Shown: positions 31,198-42,208, counted from the stretch's first letter. The stretch is DNA of 64,000 nucleotides from Candidatus Heimdallarchaeota archaeon (GCA_019057815.1 JAHLWR010000002.1:32001-96000); one strand, 5' to 3'. Numbers and translations are program-made. Notes: a model not told the origin generated them from the letters alone.

Positions 31198-32226
31198 ATG
31201 AAGGTTCTATTATCTGGGGCATTTGGGAATGTTGGAGAAAGTACTCTTAAAGAGTTACTGAAGAAAGGTTATGATGTTAGATGTTTTGATTTAAAAAATC
31301 CTAGAAACGCAAGAATAAGGAATAAATTATCAAAACATGGAAAATTTGAAGTCATTTGGGGGGACATAAGAGAAAAAGAAACTGTTAACAATTTGGTTCA
31401 GGGTGTCGACTGCATAATTCACCTTGCAGCTATAATCCCACCTTTAGCGTATGAACGACCGAAACTAGCCTATGAAGTGAATGTTCAAGGAACAAAAAAT
31501 CTAATTAATGCTGCTGAAAAGATGGAAAATCCGCCTAAATTCATTTATTCCTCATCCATTGCAGTCCACGGCAATACAATGAATAAAAAACCACCCACGA
31601 AGATAGATGATGCACTTAAGCCATTAGATTATGATAACTATGCAAAGCACAAAATCGAGATAGAACAAACTCTATGGGCGAGTAGACTCCCTTGGATTAT
31701 TTTACGATTTGCTGCAATTACTCCCTTTGACATGAAGTGGGATGTTCCTGACATTATGTTTGAAATTCCTTTAAAGCAGAGGATAGAAATAGCTGATACT
31801 CGTGATGTAGGATTAGCTTGTTCTAATGCAGTAGAAGCCGATGTAGTTGGAAAAACGCTTTTTATTGGTGGAGGTAAAGGTAACCAATTATTGCAACGCG
31901 AGTATGTCTCCAAGATGTTAGATGTTATGGGAATTGGAATGCTACCTGAAGAAGCATTCAAACCCGTGAATGACTTTGATGACTTTTACCACTGTGATTG
32001 GATGGAAACCGAGGAATCTCAACGAATTTTGAAATTTCAAAGATATACATTTGAGGATTTCCTCAACAAATTTAAAAAACGTAAATGGTTTATGCGTTTT
32101 ATCGCTTCAATGTTTAAACCAATAGTAAGAGCCGTGTTACTTAAGAAATCTCCTTACTACAAGAAACTAAAAGAGAAACACCATACACCACGAAAAAGAA
32201 GAAAAACCAAACCATCATTTTCATAA
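31198..32226 (+). CDS. NAD-dependent epimerase/dehydratase (extended SDR)
   Basis: SGAFGNVG, IIHLAA, VNVQGT, SS, YAKHK. Confidence 0.9.
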   Translation: MKVLLSGAFGNVGESTLKELLKKGYDVRCFDLKNPRNARIRNKLSKHGKFEVIWGDIREKETVNNLVQGVDCIIHLAAIIPPLAYERPKLAYEVNVQGTKNLINAAEKMENPPKFIYSSSIAVHGNTMNKKPPTKIDDALKPLDYDNYAKHKIEIEQTLWASRLPWIILRFAAITPFDMKWDVPDIMFEIPLKQRIEIADTRDVGLACSNAVEADVVGKTLFIGGGKGNQLLQREYVSKMLDVMGIGMLPEEAFKPVNDFDDFYHCDWMETEESQRILKFQRYTFEDFLNKFKKRKWFMRFIASMFKPIVRAVLLKKSPYYKKLKEKHHTPRKRRKTKPSFS

Positions 32227-32302
32227 TTTTTTTTCCTTTTATTCTGCACAACTCTTATAAGATTCGAATTCTAGAAAAGGTCAATTAAATGGAGTCATTT
32301 AT

Positions 32303-33586
32303 ATGAGTGATTTAAGAGAAAAATTAAAAATTCCCCAAGCAAATCTTGACGCAGTTCAAAAATTCCTTTTAGATGAAAACAATCCTTTGATCAATGATTT
32401 ATTAAGTTTAATTGATAAATACGGTGGAGTCGATGAAATTAATCGTAAAGCCAAGGAAGCAACACAACTGGATAATCTATTAAGACGATTAGAAACAAAG
32501 AAACCTGAATATGTAAAGGATTTGAATTGGTTAATTAACCAGAGAGATAATGATGCCTTCATCAGTTATGAAGATTATAAGCGCAAAGTCTTAGGTAACA
32601 ACTATAACACAATGACTTTTGATGAATCATTTGCAGTAACAATAGAGTTGTCAGCTTGTCAGTACTTCCCCTTCTTGATAAAAGGTGCAAAGGAGATGAT
32701 TGAAAAACAGGAGTTAATGCCTGGAAGAATCATTAGGGTGCGCATGATGAAAGAACAAGAAGAGGATGGAGATCTTTTAGCAATGACAGCTGCTGTAGGA
32801 ATTATAGGAGCATCAATTGTTGAAACACTTGACACAAAAGGAACATCACCAGGTCCAGATGGACTGCCTGTCAATGTTCATCTTGGAGGACCACCGACAA
32901 TAACAGGATATTTCGGTGGAGTAGGACAACCAAATGATTTTGCCATAAAATGGATAGATGAATTTCTGTACTATTATACAAATTACGGGACTAAACAGGT
33001 ACTCAATATCAACCCAGGTACAGTAATATTGGGTTATTTCCTTCATAAACTAGGAATCGATAATGAATTTAAAATCTCTGTATACATGGGTAATGACAAT
33101 CCATATTCAGTATTGTGGACTTTAATGACTGCTAAATTATTCGCACGCGAAGATGGTACCACACCCTTAATTGGCTTTAATTTAGCAAATTCTGTTAACA
33201 ATGAAACACTTGAGATGAGTGGATATATCAGAGATAATTTCGGTTTTGAAGATGTAGTTAGGCTTGAACACCACATAATTGAAACACAAAAGAGTATTGT
33301 CCGTCAACCTTATGATCGTACTGACGAACTTCTCGAAGTTGCTAAGAAAGTAAGGAATATCAGTGCAAAGCATGAAGGAGGTCCAGTTGATATTGATCAG
33401 GCCAGAGACCATCCATCAGATATTCTTGACTACTTCAAATCAAAAGACCAAATAACAGAAGAAGGAATATGGGAAGGATTAGAAATCAACTACATGGATA
33501 GATTGACAGCCATAAATAATACCGCAAAAGCGCTTATTAAAAGCGGAACAGATGCCATTGCTGCACGTAACCTTCACTATAAATAA
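32303..33586 (+). CDS. Hypothetical soluble alpha/beta protein
   Basis: 427-aa ORF with GGAG SD; motif-like segments TLDTKGT, NVHLGGP, GYFGG, EHH, KHEGG; 19 bp from the aminotransferase gene. Confidence 0.85.
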   Translation: MSDLREKLKIPQANLDAVQKFLLDENNPLINDLLSLIDKYGGVDEINRKAKEATQLDNLLRRLETKKPEYVKDLNWLINQRDNDAFISYEDYKRKVLGNNYNTMTFDESFAVTIELSACQYFPFLIKGAKEMIEKQELMPGRIIRVRMMKEQEEDGDLLAMTAAVGIIGASIVETLDTKGTSPGPDGLPVNVHLGGPPTITGYFGGVGQPNDFAIKWIDEFLYYYTNYGTKQVLNINPGTVILGYFLHKLGIDNEFKISVYMGNDNPYSVLWTLMTAKLFAREDGTTPLIGFNLANSVNNETLEMSGYIRDNFGFEDVVRLEHHIIETQKSIVRQPYDRTDELLEVAKKVRNISAKHEGGPVDIDQARDHPSDILDYFKSKDQITEEGIWEGLEINYMDRLTAINNTAKALIKSGTDAIAARNLHYK

Positions 33587-33605
33587 AAAATAACGGTGGA
33601 TTATT

Positions 33606-34766
33606 ATGAGAAAAATGGCTGATGGGATGTACAGAATCCTTGGAGAAGGTGCATTTGAATACCTCGCTAAAGCTCAAGCATTAGAGCGTGAGGGGAAAAA
33701 AGTTCTCCATTTTGAGATTGGACAACCAGACTTCCCTACACCACAACACATCAAGGAAACAGCATATCAAGCTATAAAAGACAATTTTACCGGATATGTA
33801 TCTGCAACGGGGATTCTAGATCTTAAAGAAGTAATCCAAGATGAGGTTGAGAACACTAGAGGATTTCGTCCAGATATAGATCAAATCTTAATACTTCCTG
33901 GAGCAAAGCCAGGCATATTCTTCCCAATGATGAGTTTAGTTAATCCAGGAGAAGACATCATCTATCCAGATCCTGGTTTTCCTACTTATGGAAGTGTGGT
34001 AAAATATCTTAATGCTGGTGATGTTCCTGTTGCTCTTAAGGAAGAAAATGAGTTCAGATTAGATCCTGCAGATATTGCTGAAAAAATCACTGATAAAACG
34101 AAATTAATCATTCTGAATAGCCCACAAAACCCTACGGGTTCAGTGATGGCTAAAAGTGAAATTGATCAAATTGCTGAACTTGCAGAAGAAAAGGATATTT
34201 TCGTTCTATCAGATGAAATATACTCAAAGATGCTTTACGACGCGAAATTTCATTCTGTAACTGTACGTGACGAGACAAAAGAAAGAACCATCATACTTGA
34301 TGGATTTTCTAAATCGTATGCTATGACTGGATGGCGTTTGGGTTACGTTATCGGACCTAAACCAATCATAGAAAAGATGGGATTATTAATGATTAATGCT
34401 TTATCATGTACAACATCTTTTGTGCAAAAAGCGGGAATAACAGCCTTACGAGGTACTCAAGAACCACTAAAAGAGATGATGAAAGCTTTCAGAGAGAGAA
34501 GAGATACGATAGTCAAAGGTTTGAATGAAATCCCAGGTTTCTCATGTTTAACACCACAAGGAGCGTTCTATACGTTTCCAAGCATTAAAGGGACAGGGAT
34601 GAATTCAAGAGAAATGGCAGACCATATCCTAAATCAAGCTGGAGTCTGCTGCTTACCTGGTTCAGCTTTTGGTCCTTATGGTGAAGGATACTTAAGATTC
34701 AGTTATGCAACATCCGTGGAAAACATCAAACAAGCGATGGAGCAAATCAAGGAAAGTTTTGAATAA
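33606..34766 (+). CDS. PLP-dependent class I (aspartate-type) aminotransferase
   Basis: GQPDF, NSPQNPTG, SDEIY, GFSKSYAMTGWRLGY, GAFY, LRFSY. Confidence 0.93.
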   Translation: MRKMADGMYRILGEGAFEYLAKAQALEREGKKVLHFEIGQPDFPTPQHIKETAYQAIKDNFTGYVSATGILDLKEVIQDEVENTRGFRPDIDQILILPGAKPGIFFPMMSLVNPGEDIIYPDPGFPTYGSVVKYLNAGDVPVALKEENEFRLDPADIAEKITDKTKLIILNSPQNPTGSVMAKSEIDQIAELAEEKDIFVLSDEIYSKMLYDAKFHSVTVRDETKERTIILDGFSKSYAMTGWRLGYVIGPKPIIEKMGLLMINALSCTTSFVQKAGITALRGTQEPLKEMMKAFRERRDTIVKGLNEIPGFSCLTPQGAFYTFPSIKGTGMNSREMADHILNQAGVCCLPGSAFGPYGEGYLRFSYATSVENIKQAMEQIKESFE

Positions 34767-34910
34767 TTTTCTTTTTTTACTCCAAAGATTTGGCTTTCTA
34801 CTTATACAATAAACGTAGATGATTTTTCCTTTTATCTATAATTCACCAAGTTTATAAGTTTAATTTCTAAAATATTAGTAATTATTAAAAGAAGTTAACA
34901 GGCGAAAATA

Positions 34911-35945
34911 ATGGAATTTAATATTGCATTTATTGGTTTTGGTGTTGTAGGTCAGGGCTTTGCAGAAATACTCTTAGAGCAAGAGAATGAACTTAAAAAA
35001 AATCATAATTTTGAATACAAAGTTGTAGCAATTTCTGACACGATGAAAGGTTCTGTCTACGATGAAAATGGATTAGATATCAAAAAACTCCTTGATTTGG
35101 TAAATAGTACTGGTAAAATAGAAGAATATCCTGGTGGAATAAAAGGCTGGGATAGTTTGAAAACTATTACCGATACTAATTCAAACATAATTCTTGAATT
35201 AGCTTGGACAGATCTTAAAACAGGAGAACCTGCAATAACACATGTTACAACAGCATTAAAAAACAGAAAGCATGTTATTATGACAAATAAAGGTCCCATT
35301 GCATTAATGGTTAGAAAACTCCTTGATATAGCTAAAGAGAATGGTGTAGAAATGCGTTATGAAGGTACAGTTCTAAGTGGAACACCAGCATTGAATTTGG
35401 GTTTATACAATTTAGCTGGAGCTGGAATTACAAAAGCTAAAGGAATTGTAAACGGTACAACTAATTATATCCTTACAGAAATGGAAAAAGGTTTAGGGTA
35501 TGACGAAGCACTAGAACAAGCTAAAGAATTAGGTTATGCAGAACAGGATCCAACAGCTGATGTGGAAGGGTATGATGCACTTGGAAAAATAGTCATTTTA
35601 GCAAACACAGTCATGGGAGCAAATTTAAGCAAAGATGAACCACCGTGCGAAGGAATTACAAAAATCACATCTGAAGATATCAAAAAAGCTAAAGAAGAAG
35701 GATATAGGTGGAAATTAATAGCTGGAGCAGAAATAAAGGAAGATGGTTCTGTAGAAGCATATGTTAAACCAGAAAAAATACCCTTAGATCACCCTTTGGC
35801 TAGCATTATGGGGCCAATTAATGCTTTAACTTACACTACAAAATATCTAGGGGATGTTACAATTGTTGGACCCGGTGCAGGAAAATTGCCAACCGGTTAC
35901 TCTGTCTTAACAGACATTTTAGATATTAATCGAGTAGCTAAGTAG
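34911..35945 (+). CDS. hom: Homoserine dehydrogenase
   Basis: GFGVVG, TNKGP, YEGTVLSGTP, GIVNGTTNYIL, GYAEQDPTADVEGYDA, GPGAG. Confidence 0.95.
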   Translation: MEFNIAFIGFGVVGQGFAEILLEQENELKKNHNFEYKVVAISDTMKGSVYDENGLDIKKLLDLVNSTGKIEEYPGGIKGWDSLKTITDTNSNIILELAWTDLKTGEPAITHVTTALKNRKHVIMTNKGPIALMVRKLLDIAKENGVEMRYEGTVLSGTPALNLGLYNLAGAGITKAKGIVNGTTNYILTEMEKGLGYDEALEQAKELGYAEQDPTADVEGYDALGKIVILANTVMGANLSKDEPPCEGITKITSEDIKKAKEEGYRWKLIAGAEIKEDGSVEAYVKPEKIPLDHPLASIMGPINALTYTTKYLGDVTIVGPGAGKLPTGYSVLTDILDINRVAK

Positions 35946-35958
35946 AATATCAAAAAAC

Positions 35959-37758
35959 GTGACAATTATGGGATACATGGGCAAATATTTGGATATAAAT
36001 TTAACAACAGAGCATATTCTTGAAAAGAAATTAGAATTAGAATTAGCTGAAAAATATGTCGGTGGTAAAGGTCTAGGTGCAAAAATACTCTACGATCAAC
36101 TAGCACCTAAGGTTGACCCACTTAGCCCAGAAAACATAATTCTTTTTATGACGGGTCCTCTTTCAGGAACGTCAGTACAAACTTCAGGTCGATGGGCTAT
36201 AATTACTAAGTCACCTCATACAGGTATTTTCCTTGATAGCCAAATTGGGGGTAAATTTGGTCATAGATTAAAAAGAGCAGGATTTGATTACATACTATTT
36301 AGAGGTAGAGCTGAATCGCCAAAGTATCTTAATGTAACTTCAGATGGAGTGGAAATACTTTCAGCTGATGATCTTTGGGGTAAGGGGACTTTTGAAACTG
36401 AGAAGATTTTGTCAGAAAGACATGATGGAGCTGAAGTAGCTTCTATTGGTCCAGCAGGAGAAAATCAAGTCACATATGCAAATATAATGACAAATAACTC
36501 TCACATGGCAGGAAGGGGAGGATCTGGAGCTGTTATGGGTTCAAAGAATCTCAAAGCTGTTGTTGCAAAAGGGAAAATTAAGATTAAGGAACGCGAAGAA
36601 GGAAAATTCAAAGATTTAACACGTATTTTAAGAGAGAAAGTGCTTGCTAATCCAGGCGTTCAACAGAGAAAAGAAATTGGAACAATGATGTGGGTTAACA
36701 TGTCCAATGAAGCTGGATTCCTTCCAACAAGAAACTATCAATCTGGCGTTTTTGAGGATGCAGAAGCGATTTCTGGGGAAATAATGAAAGAAAAATATGT
36801 TACTGCAAACAAAGCTTGTTATGGTTGCTCTATTGCTTGTGGAAAAATGACTAAATTCAAAGAAGGAAAATTTGCGGGACTAGAAGTAGAAGGTCCTGAA
36901 TATGAAACTACTGCACTATTAGGGTCTAATTGTGGAATAAAAGATTTAGCTGCTATCGCAAAAGCAAGTCAAATGTGTGATGATTTAGGTTTGGATACTA
37001 TAACCTCTGGTGCAACTATAAGCTTTGCAATGGAATGTAGTGAAAAAAACATATTAGAACAGAATGATATTGATGATCTTAAATTTGGTAATGATGATGC
37101 TGTTCACAAAATGCTTCAACTTATAGCCAAAAAAGAAAGAATTGGAGAGTTATTCTCAAAGGGTTCTTTAGCTGCAGCTAAAATACTAGGACACAATACT
37201 AGCGATTTTGCTATTCAAGTAAAAGGATTAGAATTGGCAGGTATTGAACCACGTGGCTCATTTGGAATGGCTTTAGCTTACTCGACTTCAGATCGTGGAG
37301 CATGTCATCAACGTTGTTGGACACCTTCAGCTGAACTAAGAGGTGATCTTAAACGATTTTCTTTTGCAGGAGTGCCAAAATTTGTTAAAGAAAATCAAGA
37401 TGAGAGAGCTATGTGTTTTTCATTAGTATTATGCGATTTTCTACCCTTTGAAGTCCCCGAAATGGTTGAAATGTTAAATACTGCTACAGGGTTCTCTTAC
37501 ACACAAGAGAGCTATCTTCTAACTGGTGAAAGAATATGGAATCTCACAAGAATGTTTAACGTTCGTGAAGGTATAACAGCTGCAAATGATGTACTACCAA
37601 AGAGATTTTACGAAGAAGAAATGCCTGAAGGACCTGCTAAAGGACAAAAAATAAAGGAAGAAGAACTTGAAAATGCAAAATCAGAATATTATAAGTTAAG
37701 AGGTTGGGACCAAAATGGTATCCCTACAAATGAAAAGTTAAGTCAACTAGAGATTTAA
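35959..37758 (+). CDS. Tungsten-type aldehyde:ferredoxin oxidoreductase family protein
   Basis: GGKGLG, IGPAGE, AGRGGSGAVMGSKNLKA, CYGCSIAC, EYET, DDLGLD, YYKLRGWD. Confidence 0.95.
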   Translation: MTIMGYMGKYLDINLTTEHILEKKLELELAEKYVGGKGLGAKILYDQLAPKVDPLSPENIILFMTGPLSGTSVQTSGRWAIITKSPHTGIFLDSQIGGKFGHRLKRAGFDYILFRGRAESPKYLNVTSDGVEILSADDLWGKGTFETEKILSERHDGAEVASIGPAGENQVTYANIMTNNSHMAGRGGSGAVMGSKNLKAVVAKGKIKIKEREEGKFKDLTRILREKVLANPGVQQRKEIGTMMWVNMSNEAGFLPTRNYQSGVFEDAEAISGEIMKEKYVTANKACYGCSIACGKMTKFKEGKFAGLEVEGPEYETTALLGSNCGIKDLAAIAKASQMCDDLGLDTITSGATISFAMECSEKNILEQNDIDDLKFGNDDAVHKMLQLIAKKERIGELFSKGSLAAAKILGHNTSDFAIQVKGLELAGIEPRGSFGMALAYSTSDRGACHQRCWTPSAELRGDLKRFSFAGVPKFVKENQDERAMCFSLVLCDFLPFEVPEMVEMLNTATGFSYTQESYLLTGERIWNLTRMFNVREGITAANDVLPKRFYEEEMPEGPAKGQKIKEEELENAKSEYYKLRGWDQNGIPTNEKLSQLEI

Positions 37759-37893
37759 TATTGCAACAAGTTTTTCATTCTCTTTTATATTTTAGCAGAG
37801 TTTTATTTGTAATTTCCTTGAATTTCAAATTACAGAAAGTATTAATAACAACTGTTTTGCTTCCCCTATGTAAATAGATTTTAGTTGTTCCCT

Positions 37894-39324
37894 ATGAATC
37901 AAGCTTCTTCCATACGAAAACCGATTAACCAAAGGAATATAGTATTAATTATTATCTCTCTATCTTCATTTATTTCGGCTTTCAGTGGGTCATCTATAAT
38001 AGTTGCAGCTCCTATAATGGGAACAGAGTTGCAAATGGATGCAGCAACACTTAGTTGGTTTGTTACCATCTTTATCTTAGCTACAGCATTATTACAGATA
38101 CCTTTTGGTAAAATAGCTGACCTTTATGGGAGAAAAAAAATCTATTTTATAGGGATGTTAATATTCACCAGTGCTACACTTGCACTAGGTTTTGCTAATT
38201 CAGCAAATTTACTGCTAGCATTCAGATTCGTACAAGGAATTGGTGCAGCACTAGTTTTTGCTACAGGTACAGCTATTCTTACATCTGTTTTTCCTGCAAA
38301 TGAAAAAGGGAAGGCATTTGGTTATAATATAGGAGCTGTTTATTTTGGTTTAACCATAGGTCCTTCTTTAGGCGGAGTCTTAACTCAACATCTTGGATGG
38401 AGAAGTATATTCTATGTTACTGCTTCCTTAGCATTAATAGTTGCTCTTCTGATTGTATGGAAGTTGAAAGGTGAATGGACTAGTGAAATAAAAGAACCAT
38501 TTGATTACATTGGATCTTTAATCTACGTTTCTACTCTCTTTCTTCTTCTTTACGGGTTTAAAGTTCTCCCAGAATATCCAGGATATATAATGATTGGTGG
38601 TTCTATCATATGCGCTGGTACTTTTGTTTGGTGGGAAAGGAGAATAGATAACCCTATCTTAGAACTTAGACTGTTTAAGAAGAACAAATTTTTCACGTTT
38701 GCTAATCTTTCAGCTTTTGCTTTTTACACTTCAACTTCAGCTGTTTCTTTTCTGTTGAGTCTATATTTACAATCAGTAAAAGGATTTACTCCCCAACAAA
38801 CTGGGCTGATTCTTCTAGCAAGACCTATTGTTCAAGCTATTCTGTCTCCAATAGGTGGTAGACTTTCAGACTTTATTGAACACAGGACAATCACAACTAT
38901 AGGAGTAGGAATAGGGTTTGTGAGTCTATTGTTACTAACCTTCCTGAATGAAAATTCGCACCTAAGTCTGATTATAATCAGTTTAGCTCTTGGTGGGCTA
39001 GGATTCGGTTTATTTTCCTCTCCTAATGCTAATTCAATTATGAGCTCAGTTTCAAAAAGATTCTTTGGTGTGGCTTCAGCCTTAATAGGTACAATGAGAA
39101 CTATAGGTCAAACACTAAGTTTGGGTATTGTAACTCTAATATTCGCAGTATTAATCGGTGATACTAGCTCTGAATCACCAGAATATGCAACTCAACTATT
39201 AGAGAGTTCAAAAATAGCTTTTATTATATTTACATCGTTGTGTACTATTGCTGTAGTCTTTTCATTCCTTAGGGGAAAGATGGATCAATTAAAAGAACTA
39301 GATAAAAGTGAGGTAAGTCACTAA
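37894..39324 (+). CDS. MFS drug/metabolite efflux transporter (DHA2 type)
   Basis: GKIADLYGRK, RFVQGIG, GPSLGG, GWRSIF; about 14 TM. Confidence 0.9.
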   Translation: MNQASSIRKPINQRNIVLIIISLSSFISAFSGSSIIVAAPIMGTELQMDAATLSWFVTIFILATALLQIPFGKIADLYGRKKIYFIGMLIFTSATLALGFANSANLLLAFRFVQGIGAALVFATGTAILTSVFPANEKGKAFGYNIGAVYFGLTIGPSLGGVLTQHLGWRSIFYVTASLALIVALLIVWKLKGEWTSEIKEPFDYIGSLIYVSTLFLLLYGFKVLPEYPGYIMIGGSIICAGTFVWWERRIDNPILELRLFKKNKFFTFANLSAFAFYTSTSAVSFLLSLYLQSVKGFTPQQTGLILLARPIVQAILSPIGGRLSDFIEHRTITTIGVGIGFVSLLLLTFLNENSHLSLIIISLALGGLGFGLFSSPNANSIMSSVSKRFFGVASALIGTMRTIGQTLSLGIVTLIFAVLIGDTSSESPEYATQLLESSKIAFIIFTSLCTIAVVFSFLRGKMDQLKELDKSEVSH

Positions 39325-39382
39325 ATCATTAATAATCAAAACTATTAATACTTAAAAACTGAGTGAAGGACCTAGACAACAA

Positions 39383-39904
39383 TCATCCAAACACTTCATA
39401 CTTCAAAATGTTGAGCTTATTAACAATTTCTTGAATTGGCTGGTATTCGTCTAGATACATACCAACGGTTTTTATCCTTGTTTCTAAGATATATTTTGAA
39501 AGGTTTGATAGATCATAGTTTTTTAATTCATTAATAGATACAAATTTTGCTTCTGAGGTTTCAAAATGATCTGATACCGCGTTTCCTTCAACATAATCTA
39601 GGCTAAAAACTAAATATAAATCAGAAATAGTCCTATTCTCGTCTTTTTTTTGTGTTGAGTGTCTCAACATTACCAATCCTCCAACTCGAGTTTTCACTCC
39701 TGTTTCTTCTAAAACTTCCCTAACTACCGCTTCAGATAAAGTTTCCCCGATTTCTACATATCCACCAGGGATAGACCATTTTCCTATATTAATACCAAAA
39801 GAATGTTGAATTAAGAGAACTTTTTCTTTATGAACACATATTCCACCTACTCCTAAACGATGTTTTTCAAAATTAGTTGAGGAAAGATTTCTCATGTATT
39901 TCAA
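39383..39904 (-). CDS. NUDIX hydrolase
   Basis: GGYVEIGETLSEAVVREVLEETG Nudix box. Confidence 0.92.
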   Translation of the reverse strand: MKYMRNLSSTNFEKHRLGVGGICVHKEKVLLIQHSFGINIGKWSIPGGYVEIGETLSEAVVREVLEETGVKTRVGGLVMLRHSTQKKDENRTISDLYLVFSLDYVEGNAVSDHFETSEAKFVSINELKNYDLSNLSKYILETRIKTVGMYLDEYQPIQEIVNKLNILKYEVFG

Positions 39905-40032
39905 ATGTTTTAGAAAATTAAAAGCCTTTTGCTAGAAACTTATTATTTGATTTTAAAAAATATTCAGAAATTGATTGCTTTCCGCTGTTAATTTGATATA
40001 AGATTTATATATTACATAGAGTTCTGATTTTT

Positions 40033-41088
40033 ATGGATTCTAATAAGTGGAAATTTATTGTTAACCCTAACGCAGGGACAAAACTGTGTTTAAAGAGGTG
40101 GGAGAAAGCAGAACCAGTTATTAAGGATAGTGGAATTGATTATGATGTTGTTTTAACTACTGGAGTAAGACAAGGACAAGAACTAGTTAAACAAGCTGTA
40201 AATGATGGTTTTGATAGAATTATTATTGTAAGTGGTGATGGAGTTGTTAACGAAGGAATAAACGGGTTGATGGAACTATCTGAGGAAAAACGTAAAAAAG
40301 TAGTATTTGGAGTTTTACCCTTTGGAACAGGAAATGATATGTGTACAAGTTTGGGAATGCCATGGAATCCAGAAAATTCTGCAAAAACACTAATTAATAA
40401 GACAGCAGTTGCCCCAGCTTCAGTAGGCAAAGTTAACTATCCAGATACAAAGTTTGAAGTGTATTTTGCTAATGTGTTTGACTTTGGGATATCTTCACTT
40501 GTAAATCTAGCAAATTATGAGGGAGAAATGAAATGGATAAAAGGCCCAAATAAATATACATTATTAGCGCTAAAAAAATTAATCCAAGTGAAACAGCGAA
40601 AAGGAACAATAAGGCTTGATGATGGAGATCCAATAGATTTCAGGTTAATGTTCGTAACCATAGGCGTAGGAAAAGCTGTAGGTGGTGGTATGTTGTGTTG
40701 TGTTGACGCTCATCCTCAAAATGATTTCTTTGATCTTTTTATTACCCAAAATGTTTCCAAACTCCAAACTCTCAAAGGTATCAAGACAATCCACAAAGGT
40801 GAACATAAGAAGATGAAAAATACCATCTATACAACAGCAAAGAAAGTTGAAGTGGAATTAGAAAGTCCAATAGCTATGGAACATGATGGAGAAATATATA
40901 TCCCTGAAGATGTTAGTGCTCACGTAATCGCAAAACACATTCCTCTAGCTTATAATGCTCTATACAACACTGAACACCCGTCAATGAAATGGCTTACTCC
41001 AGAGGAACTTGAACAAGGTATTAAAGCAGATGGAACAGCAACAGGTATGTCACATCATAAAGGTCGTACGTGGATGGAAAAGAATTAA
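40033..41088 (+). CDS. Diacylglycerol/lipid kinase family protein (YegS/DgkB-like)
   Basis: VNPNAG, SGDGVVNE, PFGTGND, FANVFDFG, GGG, DGE. Confidence 0.88.
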   Translation: MDSNKWKFIVNPNAGTKLCLKRWEKAEPVIKDSGIDYDVVLTTGVRQGQELVKQAVNDGFDRIIIVSGDGVVNEGINGLMELSEEKRKKVVFGVLPFGTGNDMCTSLGMPWNPENSAKTLINKTAVAPASVGKVNYPDTKFEVYFANVFDFGISSLVNLANYEGEMKWIKGPNKYTLLALKKLIQVKQRKGTIRLDDGDPIDFRLMFVTIGVGKAVGGGMLCCVDAHPQNDFFDLFITQNVSKLQTLKGIKTIHKGEHKKMKNTIYTTAKKVEVELESPIAMEHDGEIYIPEDVSAHVIAKHIPLAYNALYNTEHPSMKWLTPEELEQGIKADGTATGMSHHKGRTWMEKN

Positions 41089-41240
41089 CAAGATAAATAA
41101 AATATAGGTTGATTTTTTTACAACGTTTTGGGGTTTTTAATTATTACACTACTAATATACTGAAGGATTTTAGAATTCGCAATTTTCTCGGTAATAAAAA
41201 TATTGAAATTACTTCCGCACAATAATAACATTGTTGTCCA

Positions 41241-41278
41241 CTGAAATTTTTCGGAGTAATTTTTAAAGGATTATCCGA
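41241..41278 (+). promoter_or_regulatory. Putative operator/promoter of the caspase gene
   Basis: ctgaaatttttcgg...tttaaa...ccga; 12/14 identical to 42209-42222. Confidence 0.5.
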
Positions 41279-41354
41279 TTTTTTGCGATAGATTTATTAA
41301 TAAAATGCGAGAATCATAAGATTAGGGTTATCTTAACCCTACAAAGTGATAAAA

Positions 41355-42152
41355 ATGAAGAAAAAAGTTTTGTTAGTTGGAATCCTTTCTTTAGTCATAT
41401 TAGTCACAACAGTTACTTCAATACAGGCTCTTGATCCTGTTGACAAGTATGCTTTGATTATTGGTGTTAGTGATTATAAAGCAATTAGTGACCTCAGTTT
41501 CTGTGACGAAGATGCTACTGATTGGTATAACTATTTAAGCCCTCTGGGCTACCAAATCACCCTCTTAGGTGACTCTCACCCTGAAAATTATCCATCGTAT
41601 GATGGTGTTGCAAGTGAAATTAATGTTAAAAATGCATGGGCAACAATTGTTGCAAATGCAGATGAGAACGATATAGTCGCGTTTATTAGCTCTGGCCATG
41701 GTTCTCAAGTTAACATTGGTGCTCGTCGAAGAAGGGACAGGATTTATGTTCAAGTCTTGTGCATGTGGGATACATCTGCAGGCGAAGATGGAGAAGATGG
41801 ACTAATTTATGATTATGAATTAGAAGCCATGATGGCACCATCAGTTAGCAATACTTTCATCTTTCTAGATCATTGTTATGCCGGTGGAATGAATGAGTTG
41901 ATGCAAAATGCTAATGCTGCTAAAGTCTACCTGACAACTACATGTACTGATGATGGATATGGATGGGATATGACCGCTTATGAAAATGGCGCTTGGACAT
42001 ATTTCTTCCTTGAATATACATTAATTGGACATTTTGGTGGCACCGCTTCAATGGAAGCAACTTTTGACTACGCCTCTTTTGTATATCCCTTTGATGGTGG
42101 CGATACACCTCAAGAATTTGATGGTAATTCAGGGATAGATTTCTACCTATAG
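41355..42152 (+). CDS. Secreted caspase-family (C14) cysteine protease
   Basis: Signal peptide MKKKVLLV...IQA; KYALIIGVSDY, DA, SSGHG (His), FLDHC (Cys), NGAWT, TPQ. Confidence 0.88.
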   Translation: MKKKVLLVGILSLVILVTTVTSIQALDPVDKYALIIGVSDYKAISDLSFCDEDATDWYNYLSPLGYQITLLGDSHPENYPSYDGVASEINVKNAWATIVANADENDIVAFISSGHGSQVNIGARRRRDRIYVQVLCMWDTSAGEDGEDGLIYDYELEAMMAPSVSNTFIFLDHCYAGGMNELMQNANAAKVYLTTTCTDDGYGWDMTAYENGAWTYFFLEYTLIGHFGGTASMEATFDYASFVYPFDGGDTPQEFDGNSGIDFYL

Positions 42153-42163
42153 TTCAAGGGCAT

Positions 42164-42192
42164 TGTAGAGTTTAACTCTACATCCTTTTTTT
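42164..42192 (+). terminator. Perfect inverted repeat plus T-tract
   Basis: tgtagagtt-t-aactctaca followed by ttttttt. Confidence 0.65.
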
Positions 42193-42208
42193 CATTTTAA
42201 TCGTTCTT

